This document shows positions 1-13,571 of a stretch of 64,000 bases of DNA, piece after piece. Below the pieces are notes generated by a model. That model had not been told where the DNA came from. It worked only from the letters and a program-made list of their open reading frames with translations, and made no database searches. Every line of letters begins with the position of its first letter. The stretch's first letter is position 1. The DNA comes from Mobula hypostoma (Eukaryota): contig NC_086108.1 in assembly GCF_963921235.1 (NCBI RefSeq), positions 36,272,001 through 36,336,000 of the forward strand, in the 5' to 3' direction. The position numbers were made by a program, and so were the translations under genes.

Positions 1-365
1 ATTATGGCAGTAGGCAAATTGCAGCAGGTCCAGGACCTTGTTGAGGCAGGAGTTAATTCTAGCCATTACCAACTTCTCAAATCACTTAATTACTGGTTTC
101 CCTTAATTACTAGACACTGGAACCTCTTAGCCAACTCTTAAGTTCTCTCATGCAATGCCTGAATGCATTTCCTTTGTCCTTTACATTTTTGAATGTGTTC
201 TATATTCACAGAGAAATGTGAAGGGAACCCAGATCACCTTTTCCATAAGGCACCAGTCCTTTTTTCACTTGAAAACGGAATATTCACCAACTCTGCTTCT
301 CTTTAACATTCCTCCTCAGGTCCATTTCTGATTCTGTACTCCCTTTCCTTTATTTCTCTATCTTA

Positions 366-708
366 ACATAGAAACATAGAAAATCTACAGCACAATACAG
401 GCCCTTCGGCCCACAAAGTTGTGCCGAACATGTCCCTACCTTAGAAATTATTAGGTTTACCCATAGCCCTCTATTTTTCTAAGTTCCGTGTACCTATCCA
501 AAAGTCTGTTAAAAGACCCTATGGTATCCATCTCCACCAACGTTTCCAGCAGCTCATTCCACGCACTCACCACTCTCTGCATAATAAAACTTACCCCGAC
601 ATCTCCTCTGTACCTACTCCCCAGCACCTTAAACCTGTGTCCTCTTATGGCAACCATTTCAGCCCTGGGAAAAAGCCTCTGACTATCCACATGATCAATA
701 CCTCTCAT
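366..708 (-). mobile_element. CR1 LINE 3' fragment
   Basis: ORF 457-744(-) resembles a CR1 ORF2 C-terminus (RGHRFKV...FIMQRVVSAWNEL...EGYG); (ACATAGAA)n at 366-382 is the reverse complement of a CR1 (TTCTATGT)n tail. Confidence 0.8.
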
Positions 709-1454
709 TATATCTTTGCTTATGTCAATCAATATCTGTTGCAAAGGTCAGTAGCTTCCACAGCCCCTTGGCACTTGCTGCTAATCTTGAGTTTCAAGAA
801 CTCTGTTCGACTGTCTCAGTTTCTCTGTCCATTTGATCAGTTTTAACCTTGATTTTTCACACCACTGTTTCCATTTGTAATTTCTTTTGATGGATAGATA
901 GATACTTCTGATCCCCAGTTCATCTAGTGATTTCCCTCCTCTGCAGTTGATGAGCTTTAGACTACATTCATGCTATTTCTTATTTTTCTGCTCTCATTTC
1001 TCATGGTCAGATCTCTCAGGTCATCTTCTTGATTAGTTCCAACCTGACTCCTTTCATTTCTTCCTGCCTACTGTTAACCAGGTCGACAGATAAAGGGAGA
1101 ACTTCTTATTTAATATAGTTTAAGATGCAATCTCACATAGTGTTAAGGACATGGACTAAGTGACTGTGTTGTTCATTCAGTAGGTAGATAGATACTTTAC
1201 TGATCCCAGAGGTAGGATTCACAGTGATTGGTCAGTTTGTTTTCTTTGTCCTTTCTCACTTCCATTGTTTTGAAGCTCAGTGAAGGCTCCAGGAACAATT
1301 TTTGTTTTGATTCGGTAGTTTACAGCTTTCAGGATGTTGAATTCAACAAAGATCAGTCATAATCATAGAAACATAGAAAATAGGTGCAGGAGTAGGCCAT
1401 TCGGCCCTTCGAGCCTGCACCGCCATTTATTATGATCATGGCTGATCATCCAAC

Positions 1455-4389
1455 TCAGAACCCCACCCCAGCCTGCCCTCCATACCCCCTGACCCCAGTA
1501 GCCACAAGGGCCATATCTAACTCCCTCTTAAATATAGCCAATGAACTGGCCTCAACTGTTTCCTGTGGCAGAGAATTCCACAGATTCACCACTCTCTGTG
1601 TGAAGAAGTTTTTCCTAATCTCGGTCCTAAAAGGCTTCCCATCTATCCTCAAACTGTGGCCCCTCGTTCTGGACTTCCCCAACATCGGGAACAATCTTCC
1701 TGCATCTAGCCTATCCAATCCCTTTAGGATTTTATACGTTTCAATCAGATCCCCCCTCAATCTTCTAAATTCCAACGAGTACAAGCCCAGTTCATCCAGT
1801 CTTTCTTCATATGAAAGTCCTGCCATCCCAGGAATCAATCTGGTGAACCTTCTTTGTACTTCCTCTATGGCAAGGATGTCTTTCCTCAGATTAGGGGACC
1901 AAAACTGCACACAATACTCCAGGTGTGGTCTCACCAAGACCTTGTACAACTGCAGTAGTACCTCCCTGCTCCTGTACTCGAATCCTCTCGCTATAAATGC
2001 CAGCATACCATTCACCTTTTTCACCGCCTGCTGTACCTGCATGCCCACTTTCAATGACTGGTGTATAATGACACCCAGGTCTCGTTGCACCTCCCCTTTT
2101 CCTAATCGGCCACCATTCAGATAATAATCTGTTTTCCTATTTTTGCCACCAAAGTGGATAACTTTACATTTATCCACATTAAATTGATCTGCCATGAATT
2201 TGCCCACTCACCCAACCTATCCAAGTCACCCTGCATCCTCTTAGCATCCTCCTCACAGCTAACACTGCCACCCAGCTTCGTGTCATCCGCAAACTTGGAG
2301 ATGCTGCATTCAATTCCCTCATCCAAGTCATTAATATATATTGTAAACAACTGGGGTCCCAGCACTGAGCCTTGCGGTACCCCACTAGTCACCGCCTGCC
2401 ATTCTGAAAAGGTCCCGTTTATTCCCACTCTTTGCTTCCTGTCTGCTAACCAATTCTCCACCCACACCAATACCTTACCCTCAATACCGTGTGCTTTAAG
2501 TTTGCACACTAATCTCCTGTGTGGGACCTTGTCAAAAGCCTTTTGAAAATCCAAATATACCACATCCACTGGTTCTCCCCTATCCACTCTACTAGTTACA
2601 TCCTCAAAAAATTCTATGAGATTCGTCAGACATGATTTTCCTTTCACAAATCCATGCTGACTTTGTCCGATGATTTCACCGCTTTCCAAATGTGCTGTTA
2701 TCACATCCTTGATAACTGACTCCAGCAGTTTCCCCACCACCGACGTTAGGCTAACCGGTCTATAATTCCCCGGTTTCTCTCTCCCTCCTTTTTTAAAAAG
2801 TGTGGTTACATTAGCCACCCTCCAATCCTCAGGAACTAGTCCAGAATCTAACGAGTTTTGAAAAATTATCACTAATGCATCCACTATTTCTTGGGCTACT
2901 TCCTTAAGCACTCTAGGATGCAGACCATCTGGCCCTGGGGATTTATCTGCCTTCAATCCCTTCAATTTACCTAACACCACTTCCCTACTACATGTATTTC
3001 GCTCAGTTCCTCCATCTCACTGGACTCTCTGTCCCCTACTATTTCTGGAAGATTATTTATGTCCTCCTTAGTGAAGACAGAACCAAAGTAATTATTCAAT
3101 TGGTCTTCCATGTCCTTGCTCCCCATAATCAATTCACCTGTTTCTGTCTGCAGGGGACCTACATTTGTCTTTACCAGTCTTTTCCTTTTTACATATCTAT
3201 AAAAACTTTTACAGTCCGTTTTTATGTTCCCTGCCAGTTTTCTCTCATAATCTTTTTTCCCCTTCCTAATTAAGTCCTTTGTCCTCCTCTGCTGAACTCT
3301 GAATTTCTCCCAGTCCTCAGGTGAGCCACTTTCTCTGGCTAATTTGTATGCTTCTTCTTTGGAATTGATACTATCCCTAATTTCTCTTGTCAGCCACGGG
3401 TACACTACCTTCCTTGATTTATTCTTTTGCCAAACTGGGATGAACAATTGTTGTAGTTCATCCATGCAACCTTTAAATGCTTGCCATTGCATATCCACCG
3501 TCAATCCTTTAAGTGTCATTTGCCAGTCTATCTTAGCTAATTCACGTCTCATACCTTCAAAGTTACCCCTCTTTAAGTTCAGAACCTTTGTTTCTGAATT
3601 AACTATGTCACTCTCCATCTTAATGAAGAATTCCACCATATTATGGTCACTCTTACCCAAGGGGCCTCTCACGACAAGATCGCTAATTAACCCTTCCTCA
3701 TTGCTCAAAACCCAGTCCAGAATAGCCTGCTCTCTAGTTGGTTCCTCGACATGTTGGTTTAAAAAACCATCCCGCATACATTCCAAGAAATCCTCTTCCT
3801 CAGCACCTTTACCAATTTGGTTCACCCAATCTACATGTCGATTGAAGTCACCCATTATAACTGCTGTTCCTTTATTGCACACATTTCTAATTTCCTGTTT
3901 AATACCATCTCCGACCTCACTACTACTGTTAGGTGGCCTGTACACAACTCCCACCAGCGTCTTCTGCCCCTTAGCGTTACGCAGCTCTACCCATATCGAT
4001 TGCACATCTTCCCGGCTTATGTCCTTCCTTTCTATTGCGCAAATCTCTTCTTTAACCAGCAACGCCACCCCACCTCCCCTTCCTTCATGTCTATCCCTCC
4101 TGAATATTGAATATCCCTGAACCTTGAGCTCCCATCCTTGGTCACCCTGGAGCCATGTCTCTGTGATCCCAACTATATCATAATCATTAATAACAATCTG
4201 CACTTTCAATTCATCCACCTTATTACGAATGCTCCTTGCATTGACACACAAAGCCTTCAGGCGCTCTTTTACAACTCTCTTAGCCCTTATACAATTATGT
4301 TGAAAAGTGGCCCTTTTTAATGTTTGCCCTGGATTTGTTGGCCTGCCACTTTTACTTTTCTCCTTAGTACTTTTTGCTTCTACCCTCAC
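1455..4389 (-). pseudogene. CR1 ORF2 (endonuclease/reverse transcriptase) in three frames
   Basis: EN motifs (VNARS, GITETW, VYRPP, MGDFN, SDHN) in 2971-4389; RT motifs ([32 protein letters not shown]) in 2117-2980; C-terminus in 1455-2207. Apparent 1-bp deletions near 2988 and 2187. Confidence 0.95.
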
Positions 4390-4491
4390 TTTACACCCCT
4401 CTGTCTCTCTGCACTGGTTCCCATCCCCCTGTTGTGAACTAACCTCCTCACGCCTAGCCTCTTTAATTTGATTCCCACCCCCCCAACCATT

Positions 4492-5400
4492 CTAGTTTAA
4501 AGTCACCTCAGTAGCCCCCGCTAATCTCCCTGCCAGGATATTGGTCCCCCTAGGATTCAAGTGTAACCCGTCCTTTTTGTACAGGTCACGCCTGCGCCAA
4601 AAGAGGTCCCAATGATCCAAAAACTTGAATCCCTGCCCCCTGCTCCAATCCCTCAGCCACGCATTTATCCTCCACCTCATCGCATTCATCCTCCACCTCA
4701 TCGCATTCCTACTCTCACTGTCGCGTGGCACAGGCAGTAATCCCGAGATTACTACCTTTGCGGTCCTTTTTCTCAACTCCCTTCCTAGCTCCCTATATTC
4801 TCCTTTCAGGACCTCATCCCTTTTCCTACCTATGTCATTGGTACCTATATGTACCACGACCTCTGGCTCCTCACCCTCCCACTTCAGGATATCTTGGACA
4901 CGATCAGAAATATCCCGGACCCTGGCACCAGGGAGGCAAACTACCATCCGGGTCTCTGGACTGCGTCCACAGAATCGCCTATCTGACCCCCTTACTATCG
5001 AGTCCCCTATCACAACTGCCCTCCTCTTCCTTGCCCTACCCTTCTGAGCTACAGGGCCAGACTCTGTGCTGGAGGCACGGCCGCTGTCGCTTCCCCCCCC
5101 CGGGTAAGCTGTCCCCCCCAACAGTACTCAAACTGGAGTACCTATTGTCAAGAGGCACAGCCACTGGGGTACTCTCTATTACCTGACTCTTCCCCTTCCC
5201 CCTCCTAACCGTAACCCACTTGTCTGCCTCCCGTGGCCTCGGCGTGACCACCTGCCTGCAACTCCTCTCTATCAACTCCTCACTCTCCCTGACCAGACGA
5301 AGGTCATCGAGCTGCAGCTCCAGTTCCGTAACGCGGTCCCTTAGGAGCTGCATCTCGATGCACTTGGTGCAGATGTAGACGTCCGGGAGGCTTGGAGACT
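4492..5400 (-). pseudogene. CR1 ORF1 (CxxC/coiled coil + SGNH/GDSL esterase)
   Basis: YICTKC...LELQLDDL coiled coil, then GDSIVRG, HIGTNDI and DGLH SGNH blocks; frameshift at the C-homopolymer near 5093-5101. Confidence 0.9.
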
Positions 5401-6189
5401 CACTCCGCAGCCCGCAAACTACGCTGCCCGCTCTATGAGGCTCTGTTCCTTTTAAATCTGCTGCGCTGCACTGCCCGACATCACACGCCTGCGCAGTCCC
5501 GCCTCTCAGAACGCCGTTGGAGGAAAAAATAACGAAAATTTCAAAAATGTCTTTCTCGGCACTCCCACTCGGACTCTCAGACTCCTTCTTCATTGCTCCT
5601 TTGTTGGTATACAGCTATTGGCCTGTTTGTGTTATCACATTAATGACTCTCCTAGACATGTCCATGTTTCTCTTTATTGACTTCTGTACTGATATATTTA
5701 TCCATGTACCATTATTCCTTTTTGCATTTAATCAGTCCTCTTATCTTCTGTCCATCTATTATTGTCTCTCCTTTCCTTGCCAACTTCAAGCTTAATTCAA
5801 ATGTATTGCATCTACCTTCTATCTGATGCAGCAGAGAGAAAAGAGGTGGGTGATCCTATATTGATCCTGTGGTCACAGAATTTTTCTCGCCACTAGCACT
5901 TCTATGTACAAACTATAGGCTGGGCCTCTAATGTTAAGCATCTAGTAATTTTTTAATACTAAAAAAATATTTTTTTTGTTTCGGATATTATAGTATGAGC
6001 ATTGACCAAGCAAATCTCAGGCATTTGTTAAATAAAAACCAGATGTAAGCCTCTCCAAGCGTGGAAACTGCAGAGGGGTAGGCTAAGTTTGTTTCTGTTC
6101 GTCCCTTGAACTGCATCTGATGACAGTGAGGAAAGAAACTTGCAACTCGGTGGATTCATATACCCTTGCCTCTCCTTAGTTCTGCACTG

Positions 6190-6550
6190 TGATGCAGCTA
6201 ATGGAGTTGTTGCCTTAGCGTTCCAGAGACTCAGGTTGACTCTTGATGTTGAGTTTGCCTGTATGGAATTTATACATTTTCCTTATAACTACATGGGTTT
6301 CCTCCAGAAACTCCAGTTCCCTACCCCTCCCCATATCACAAAGGCATGCTCGTTGCTAGGTTAATTGACCACAGTAGGTTCCCTTCTTTTCCCCCACCAT
6401 ATGCAGATGAGTAGTAGATTTTGAGGAGAGTTGATGAGAATGTAGAGAGAATAAAAAATATGATTAATATGAGATTATCATAAAGAGTTAGTTGATAGTC
6501 AGTGCAAAATGTGGATCTAAGTGCTTGTTTCTGTTTTGTATCTTCCGTGA
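6190..6550 (+). mobile_element. Degraded V-SINE-like SINE
   Basis: Core-like segment GAGTTTGC...CATGGGTTTCCTCCAGAAACTCCAGTTCCC and TAGGTTAATTGACCAC. Confidence 0.55.
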
Positions 6551-7284
6551 CTAAATGGGATTGGGGGAGTGCAGACAACTGAGAATTTTTTGGATGAATA
6601 GAGGCTGGAGAAAGGGAAGGATGAGATAATGGGGAGGTTTAAAAACCAGAATGAAATTTGAAAAAATGGAGACACTGCTTAATCAGAAGTCATCATAATT
6701 CAACAAACACTGGATGGATGTAACTTTGTTTGATTTAAGACATTGGTTGCAGGATTTTGATACATCTCTATTTTTTTAAGGAAGTAGAACAGGGCAGGAT
6801 GGTCAGTAGTTTATTAGAAAAATCTAACTTTGACCAAAAGGCATGCATAGAAATTTTTTAGCAAATGAGGCAGATGCAGGAGTGGGCAATATGGCACATC
6901 TGGGAGGTGATGTTGTAGAGATGGAAGTAAGCAGTGGAAGATTGTGTGAATATGTATTCAAGTTCATTTGGGGGATTTGGACACAAAAGGGAAAGGTTTG
7001 GGATTGCCAACTAGGAACTAGAGGTGGGGCAGATACTTCATTTGTGTTCATATTTAGTGGAGAAAACTTTTGGACAAACGATATTAGCTGGTGGTGAGGT
7101 ACATCATTGTAAGACAAACCTATATTTTGTTTTTGGAAGATGTTGTAGGAAAATATGAAGGTTAAGAGTAGGAGGCTAGGAGTGGGTGGGGAGGGATAAC
7201 ACTGGAAAAACAATATGCTAGGGGAAAAGAAGCCATTGCAGATGATTCTTCTATAATTGGATATGTAAACATGGTACAATATGG

Positions 7285-7359
7285 ACATCAAAGTTGCTGG
7301 TGAACGCAGCAGGCCAGGCAGCATCTGTAGGAAGAGGTGCAGTCGACGTTTCAGGCCGA
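7285..7359 (-). repeat. Penelope-derived terminal repeat fragment with half of a hammerhead motif
   Basis: Reverse complement matches 63835-63908 (GGCCTGAAACGTCGACTGCACCTCTTCC...GCTGCCTGGCCTGCTGCGTTCACCAGCAACTTTGATG). Confidence 0.75.
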
Positions 7360-7749
7360 AGATGTGTGGTGAAAAGTGTGCTGACTGCCTAGTATGGGAA
7401 CACCAATACCTTTGAGGGGAAGATCCTGCAAAAGGTAGCGGATTCAGCCCAACACATCACGGGTAAAGCCCTCCCAACCATTGAGCTCATCTACATGAAA
7501 CGTTGCCTTAGAAAAGCAGCATCCATCATCAAAGATCTGCATCACCCAGGCCATGCTCTTTTCTCTCTGCAGAAGTGCCTCAGGACTCACATGACCAGGT
7601 TCAATAATAGTTATTGCCTCTCAGTCATCAGGCTCTTGAAGAAAGGGCATAATTACACTCACTCTATTTCTGCTGTTCCCACAACTGATGGTCTCACGTT
7701 AAAGACTCTTTATCTTGTTATTTCATGTTCTTTCCTTTCATGTTATTTC
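7360..7749 (+). mobile_element. Rex1/Babar-like LINE 3' fragment, left part (split by L1)
   Basis: Translation resembles WYGN...LQKV...AQHITG..LP.IE.IY..RCLRKAASIIKD.HHPGH.LF; continues after the L1 at 13572-13755. Confidence 0.7.
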
Positions 7750-8297
7750 TTTTTTTTAATTTTATTTTTATTTGGATAAGGAATTCACAATTATCATGTA
7801 CTTTTTTCACACATATAACCTTTTCCATTTTTTTATATATATAAAACTACAATTATTTGTACATTCTTAAGTACACATTGAGATGATATAAAAGGAAAAT
7901 AAACATTTAAATAGATAATTATGTACTGTGGTAAATCTAACCTATTAGGCTAAGTAATGAAATTAGTTGTTAAGAAAAATGGTAATAATAGTTTCCATAC
8001 AACCCTTCTGGACCATTTCCACTGGTCCAAAATGTTGCATACAAGCCTATATACCAACCATTGTAGGTGTTTATATCCCAATTTGTTCGTGTTTGTTCCT
8101 GCCCGCAGACATAATTATCCAATCCCTATGTACTTATTTACTTAATTTTTTCATTTTTTTTATCCCTTTCCCAAATCTTTCCCTTTACTTGTGTTAATTC
8201 TCTATTTTCCAAAAAAAAACAAACATTTAGACTAGGGGTGCTTACATTAGCAATATTACTGTGTTGATGAGAAGAGCAATATAAATCATTAGGAGAG

Positions 8298-11200
8298 TCA
8301 TCTAAAGTCTGCTCGCATTGGGGTTATATATTCAATCCATTTATTCCAGATTTGATAAAATGTTTCTTTTTGAGTTCTCAGGAAGTAAGTCAACTTTTCC
8401 ATTTTAAATATTTCCATGATAATTTCGTACCAATCTTCTAATGTAGGTGGTATTGGATTTAGCCATTTTCTAGTGATTGATTTCTTACTTGCCGCTAAGA
8501 GGGCCTACAGCAACTTTATATCTTCCTTCTGTTCAAGGAACAATACATGCCCCAAATAGAGCGTCTCAAAGTTCAGAGGTATCTGGGACCTAAGTACCTT
8601 AACTAATGTTCTATGAATACCTTCCCAAAATAGACTTAATTTAGGGCAATCCCAGAAAATATGAAAATGATTTGCCTCCTTGGAGCCGCACCTTCTCCAA
8701 CACATCACATTTGTATCTTTATATTTTTCCTGATATGGGGTCTTGAAGTATCTTATAATGTTTTTCCAACAATGTGCTCTCCAAGTCAAAGAATTAGTCG
8801 AGGACCATTGAAAGCTGCAGATTTTCCCCCAAGCCTCCTCTGGAAGTACCAACCCCGCTTCTTTCTCCCACTTCTCTTTAATATACAGTGTATTTACATT
8901 TTTAGCATGGGAGAGTGCATTATATAGGTGAGAAACTGATTTACTAGGTATTGAAATGCAAGCCGAATTCAGAATCTTGAAAAATTCTAATTCTACTGTT
9001 GATAGGTCTGTATATCTACAACTCTGGTTAACATAGTTTCGTATTTGAAGGTACCTAAAAAAGTCATTATGTTCTAGGCCATGTTTGTCCTGCAGGATTT
9101 GGAAACTTTGTAATACTCTTTTATCTATAAATGAGAGGTAGGTTGTAAGACCTTTCTTTATCCATAGCTCAAATCTTTTATCTCCTCTGTTGGGAAGGAA
9201 TTCGGTATCATATGCACACCATCTAAAGAGTTTTAACATGTTATTAATTCCACATGAATTAACCACCTTCTGCCATACTTTTAATGTAAGATTTATCCAA
9301 GCATTATTAAATTTTTCCAACTGGGCCATCAATCCTTTGTCAGCTATTGAGGCCTGAAGAGGAAAACTGTCAACTAATCCAAATTCTATTTCCTTCCATC
9401 TAGCCTTATATTCCCTATTACACCAATATAACAGAGGGGTTATCTGTGAGGCATAAAAATAATTTCTCAGGCAAGGAAGAACCATACCTCCTCCTTCCTT
9501 CCCTAACTGTAAGGTGTTATATCGAATTCTAGGTTTCCTTCCTTGCCAAATGAAGCGGGAAATCCATTTGTCCCATTCCCTGAATTGATTATCATCCACC
9601 TCCACTGGTAAAGTACGGAAAAGATATAATAACCGAGTAAGAATATTCATTTTTACAGTATTTATCCTTGAATTTAAACTTAAAAAGGGGATAAGATTCC
9701 ATCTATGCATATCTGCTTTTATCTCTGAGATTAATGGCCCATAATTTACCTGTGACAGTGTTGAAAGATCCTTCGGCAGGGTTATTCCTAATTATTTTAA
9801 TGATTTAGCTTCCCACTTAAGATCGTATGTATCCTGCAATTTTTTGGATGGTGTATAATTTAGGGACATAACTTGCGTTTTCTTTACATTTATTTTATAA
9901 CCTGATATTTTCCCAAAGTCATCCAACAGTGTAAACAATCCTATAAATGATTTTTCTGGTTCACTTAGATAGACCAAAACATCATCTGCGAATAACGCCA
10001 CTTTCTGTTCAATCCCTGCCACCTTGATACCTTTTACGATTTCGCTCTGTCTTATTAGTTGGGCAAGCGGTTCAATATATAGCGCAAAAAGGAGAGGAGA
10101 AATTGGGCATCCCTGTCTAGTGCCTCTCTCTAAAATGAAGGAGTCAGAGAGGTCCCCATTTATCTTAATTCGGGCTGTAGGGCTGTCATATAGAGTCTGA
10201 ATTACTTTAATAAACCTTTCTTGAAAGCCGAATCTTCCTAACACTCTGTATAGGAATGCCCAACTAACCGAATCAAAAGCTTTCTCAACGTCCAATCCTA
10301 CTACCATTGTCTCTGTCTCGTTCTTATTAACCTGTTCTAATATGTGCAGAGTTCTCCTTATGTTGTCCTGTGTTTGTCTTTGTTGAATAAATCCAGTCTG
10401 GTCTAAATGGATTAGGCCAGGTAAAAGCTTTTCCAATCTGCGCGCTAATATAGATGTAAATAGTTTGTAATCTAAATTAAGAACACTAATTGGCCGATAA
10501 TTGCCACATTCTAGTTTATCTTTACCCTCTTTAGGAATAACTGAAATAATCGCTTCTCTCCAGGAAGGTGGAGTTTCTCCTCTCTGCAAGTTCCAATTAA
10601 AGGTGTTAAGTAGTAATGGGGCTAACTGTGTCTTCAGGGATTTGTACCACTCTGAGGTAAACCCATCAGAACCCGGGGACTTTCCAGCCTTTAACCTAGA
10701 GATGGTCACGTTCAGTTCTTTGACAGTTATTGGTTCTAATAAACTTTCATTTTGTAAATCTGTAAGTTTAGGTAGATCTAAAAAATTCAATACACTGTCT
10801 ATATAGGGCTCATTGGGGGCCTGGGGTTGGGAGTACAGCTCTCGATAATATGTTTCAAAACTCTCTTGAATTTTCCCTATTGTACTCTCCACAAGCTTTG
10901 TCTTTGGATTCTTTATTTTATGAATTGTATTGTCTGCTTGTTGTTTTCGTAATTTATATGCTAATAATCTAGCTGATTTACCTCCTACTTCATAATTCTT
11001 TTGTCTCAGGTAAAGAAAATTTCTTTGAGTTTCCAACGTATAAATATCATCAATTTCACTTTGCAATTTCCTAATTTCCTGTTTTCGATTTGAATTACTT
11101 TTGTTGCTATCTACAGCTTGAAGTTGTTTTAATTTTCCTTGAAGGTCTGCTAATTTTTGTGCATTGATTTTTTTCATGTGAGTGGTAATGGAAATAATTT

Positions 11201-12086
11201 TCCCTCTCAGTACAGCTTTCAATGTATCCCATAAAATCACTGGTGATGTTTCTCCCGTGTCATTAAGGTCTAGATATTCTTTGATTTCTCCCCTTAATCT
11301 CTCCATTACTTTAGGGTTATTGAATATATGTGAGTTTAGCCTCCATAGTGTTTTCCTCATTTTCCTTTCCAGGATTAGAGACGTAGAGACTGGGCTATGA
11401 TCCGACAGATCAATTGTTGCAATATTACAGTTTTTTATCCTGAGTGTATCTGTATTAAAGATGAAGAAATAGTCTATCCTTGAATAGGCTGAATAGGGGA
11501 AAGAGTAATATGTATAATCTTTACCAGTAGGGTGTAAATCCCTCCAGACATCTATAATTCCCAACTCCTCCATCAATGAATTCACTTTCCGAGTCAGAGG
11601 TTTATTCTGAGTAACTATTCTTGAAGAACCTAATATAGGATTTAATCTAATATTAAAATCCCCTCCACAAATTACTACCCCTCGAGAACTGACCATTAGG
11701 TCAAAAATGTGTCTATAAAATGACCATTCACTACCTGGAGGAGCATAAACATTCAGCAATGTTATTTCTGTACCTTCTATTCTTCCTGTGATTTTTACAA
11801 ACTGTCCTTCTTTGTCTCTAGTCTCTGAAATATGTTCATAATTAAGAGTACTTGATATTAAAGTAGCTACCCCTCTTTTGTGACTCAATTTATATGATGA
11901 ATAAAATGCATGCTTAAAGCCCATTCTTTTTAATTTTCCATGTTCAGATTGGCTCATATGTGTTTCCTGGAGGAAAGCTATTTGTGCCCTCTCTTTTTTC
12001 AATTTAGACATAATCTTATTTCTTTTAATTGGATTCAAAACCCCATTAACATTATAGGAAATTATTTTTACCAATTCAGTTTGCAT
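8298..12086 (-). pseudogene. L1 ORF2 (APE endonuclease, RT, C-terminal Cys-rich domain), about 1262 codons, two in-frame stops
   Basis: ORFs 9792-12086 and 8505-9710 share a frame, which reads on to TGA at 8298-8300. Motifs SYNVNG, LQETH, GGDFN, SDH, NYRPISVLN, GTRQGCPISP, FADD, CWRRC...HIFWDC. Stops at 9792-9794 and 8505-8507. Confidence 0.95.
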
Positions 12087-12448
12087 TTTTCTCTAGTAGA
12101 AAAAACGCACTCTCCTTTTCTAACCAAACAGTAAGCAATCCCTTCTCAACAGTAAACCAAGACATACAACCACACCCTAGACATTTCTGAACGTATAACA
12201 TTTGAAAATTTTTCCCGACTTCCCACAGTGAGGCCTGAGCACCGACCCGCCTCAGTTCAGAGGGATAACCTCTATCTTCACCCTGTGTTAGAGGGCCCTC
12301 AGCAGTTTGAATAATCATAGAGAATTTTCTCCTATTTATGTCTCGACCATATTGCTATCATTCAAGTTATTCCGCCTAGTTTATTTTCAGTTACCAGTTT
12401 TCATTTTACTTTTAAGTCCGATTTACTCTTTTCAGTCATTTCTCTTAA

Positions 12449-13435
12449 TTAATCTGTATTCTCTGTACATTCGCGTCTGAATATTTGCAGCTTTTCCTTG
12501 TAGTTTGACACTCTGGTTCGAGTGGAGCGTCCTCGCCCCACTAACTGCCACGACATCTGCCGAATCCTCTCCAGTAGCGACTCCGGTTGGGTGATAACTT
12601 TAATAGGTAGTCCCCGGTCCGCCAGGTCCAACGTTGCCTCCTCCACCGTAGCGTAAGTTTTTGTCCCTTCGTCGTAAAAGACTCTCAGCCGAGCTGGATA
12701 CAGGGTCTGGAATCTGATGTTGTTTTCCTTCAGGACTCTCCGTGTTTCCGTATATTCCTTCCGTCTGGCAAGAATCCCTGGTGCGTAGTCGTGGTCTAAA
12801 CTGATTTTGCAGTTGTTCCACATGAAACCTTTCTTTTGCCATGCTCTTTTAAGCACCTCTTCCTTCGTTCTGTAACTGAGAAATCTGATCAGAATCGATC
12901 TGGGCTAGGCGCCTGCCGGAGGCTGTGGTGCCAACGCGCGGTGAGCCCTTTCTATCTGTAGGTCTTTTGCGGCCGGTATATCAAGGTTCTCTCTAAGCAG
13001 CTTCTCCACGAAGGGAATCATCAATCCGGGTTTACCTTCGGTTCCTTCGGGAACTCCGTCGATCCTCACATTTTCCCTTCTCGAGCGGCCTTCTTGATCT
13101 ATTAGTTTCCACTGGAGCTGGTCTTGTAGCTTCAGCATTTCTACTATCACTTCCTCGGCGTTTTGTAGCTTCTCTTCAATTCCAACAATCCTCGCTTCGG
13201 CTCCATCTATCCGCGAGTTAGTTTTTACTATTTCTCCTTTAATATCTTCCAGCTGTTTGCTGTTATCTTGTCGGAACTCGCGAATCTCTCCGAGAATCAA
13301 AGACAGAGTCACCGATTCCCCCTCATTATCTCCGTCCTGGCTTGACGTGGGGGAGCTAGGCCCGTCGCCTTGCTGCATCTCTTTATGTTTATCAGCCTTC
13401 GAAGCGGACTTTTTATTCTTGTTCTTAGACATCAT
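12449..13435 (-). pseudogene. L1 ORF1 (coiled coil + RRM + CTD, Transposase_22-like), one in-frame stop
   Basis: EGRSRRENVRIDGVPEG, IERAHR and LYPARLRV motifs; ORFs 12905-13435 and 12449-12856 share a frame, with TAG at 12905-12907. Confidence 0.93.
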
Positions 13436-13571
13436 CCTTGCCCCTTTTATTAATATAGTTATGCAATATTAAGTATTTGTCTAAATTCGATTTTGGGGCA
13501 GTTTACCTTCTTTTTTGTCGAGAGACCTTTTCCTTACGCCGCCATTCCCTTGATGACCCGGAAGTCCCCCC

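Larger units (their letters stand above)
1364..5590 (-). mobile_element. Near full-length CR1 LINE (ORF1 zinc finger + SGNH esterase; ORF2 APE endonuclease + RT), inactivated by frameshifts
   Basis: Collinear ORF1 and ORF2 pieces on the minus strand, GC-rich 5' region at about 5400-5590, CATAGAAACATAGAAAA tail at 1364-1380. The 5' boundary is approximate. Confidence 0.95.
7750..13571 (-). mobile_element. Full-length L1-clade LINE (5822 bp) with 17-bp TSD
   Basis: TSD TCCTTTCATGTTATTTC at 7733-7749 and 13572-13588; 5' end GGGGGGACTTCCGG...AATGGCGGCG; ORF1 and ORF2 present; 3' AATAAA followed by an A-rich tail. Confidence 0.96.

Noticed and set aside
1432..4120. Long plus-strand ORFs 1432-2124 (230 aa) and 3344-4120 (258 aa)
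   Set aside because: Antisense shadows of CR1 ORF2 with no independent protein motifs.
6824..7324. 166-aa minus-strand ORF
   Set aside because: Starts in a repeat fragment, has no recognisable domain and no splice support.
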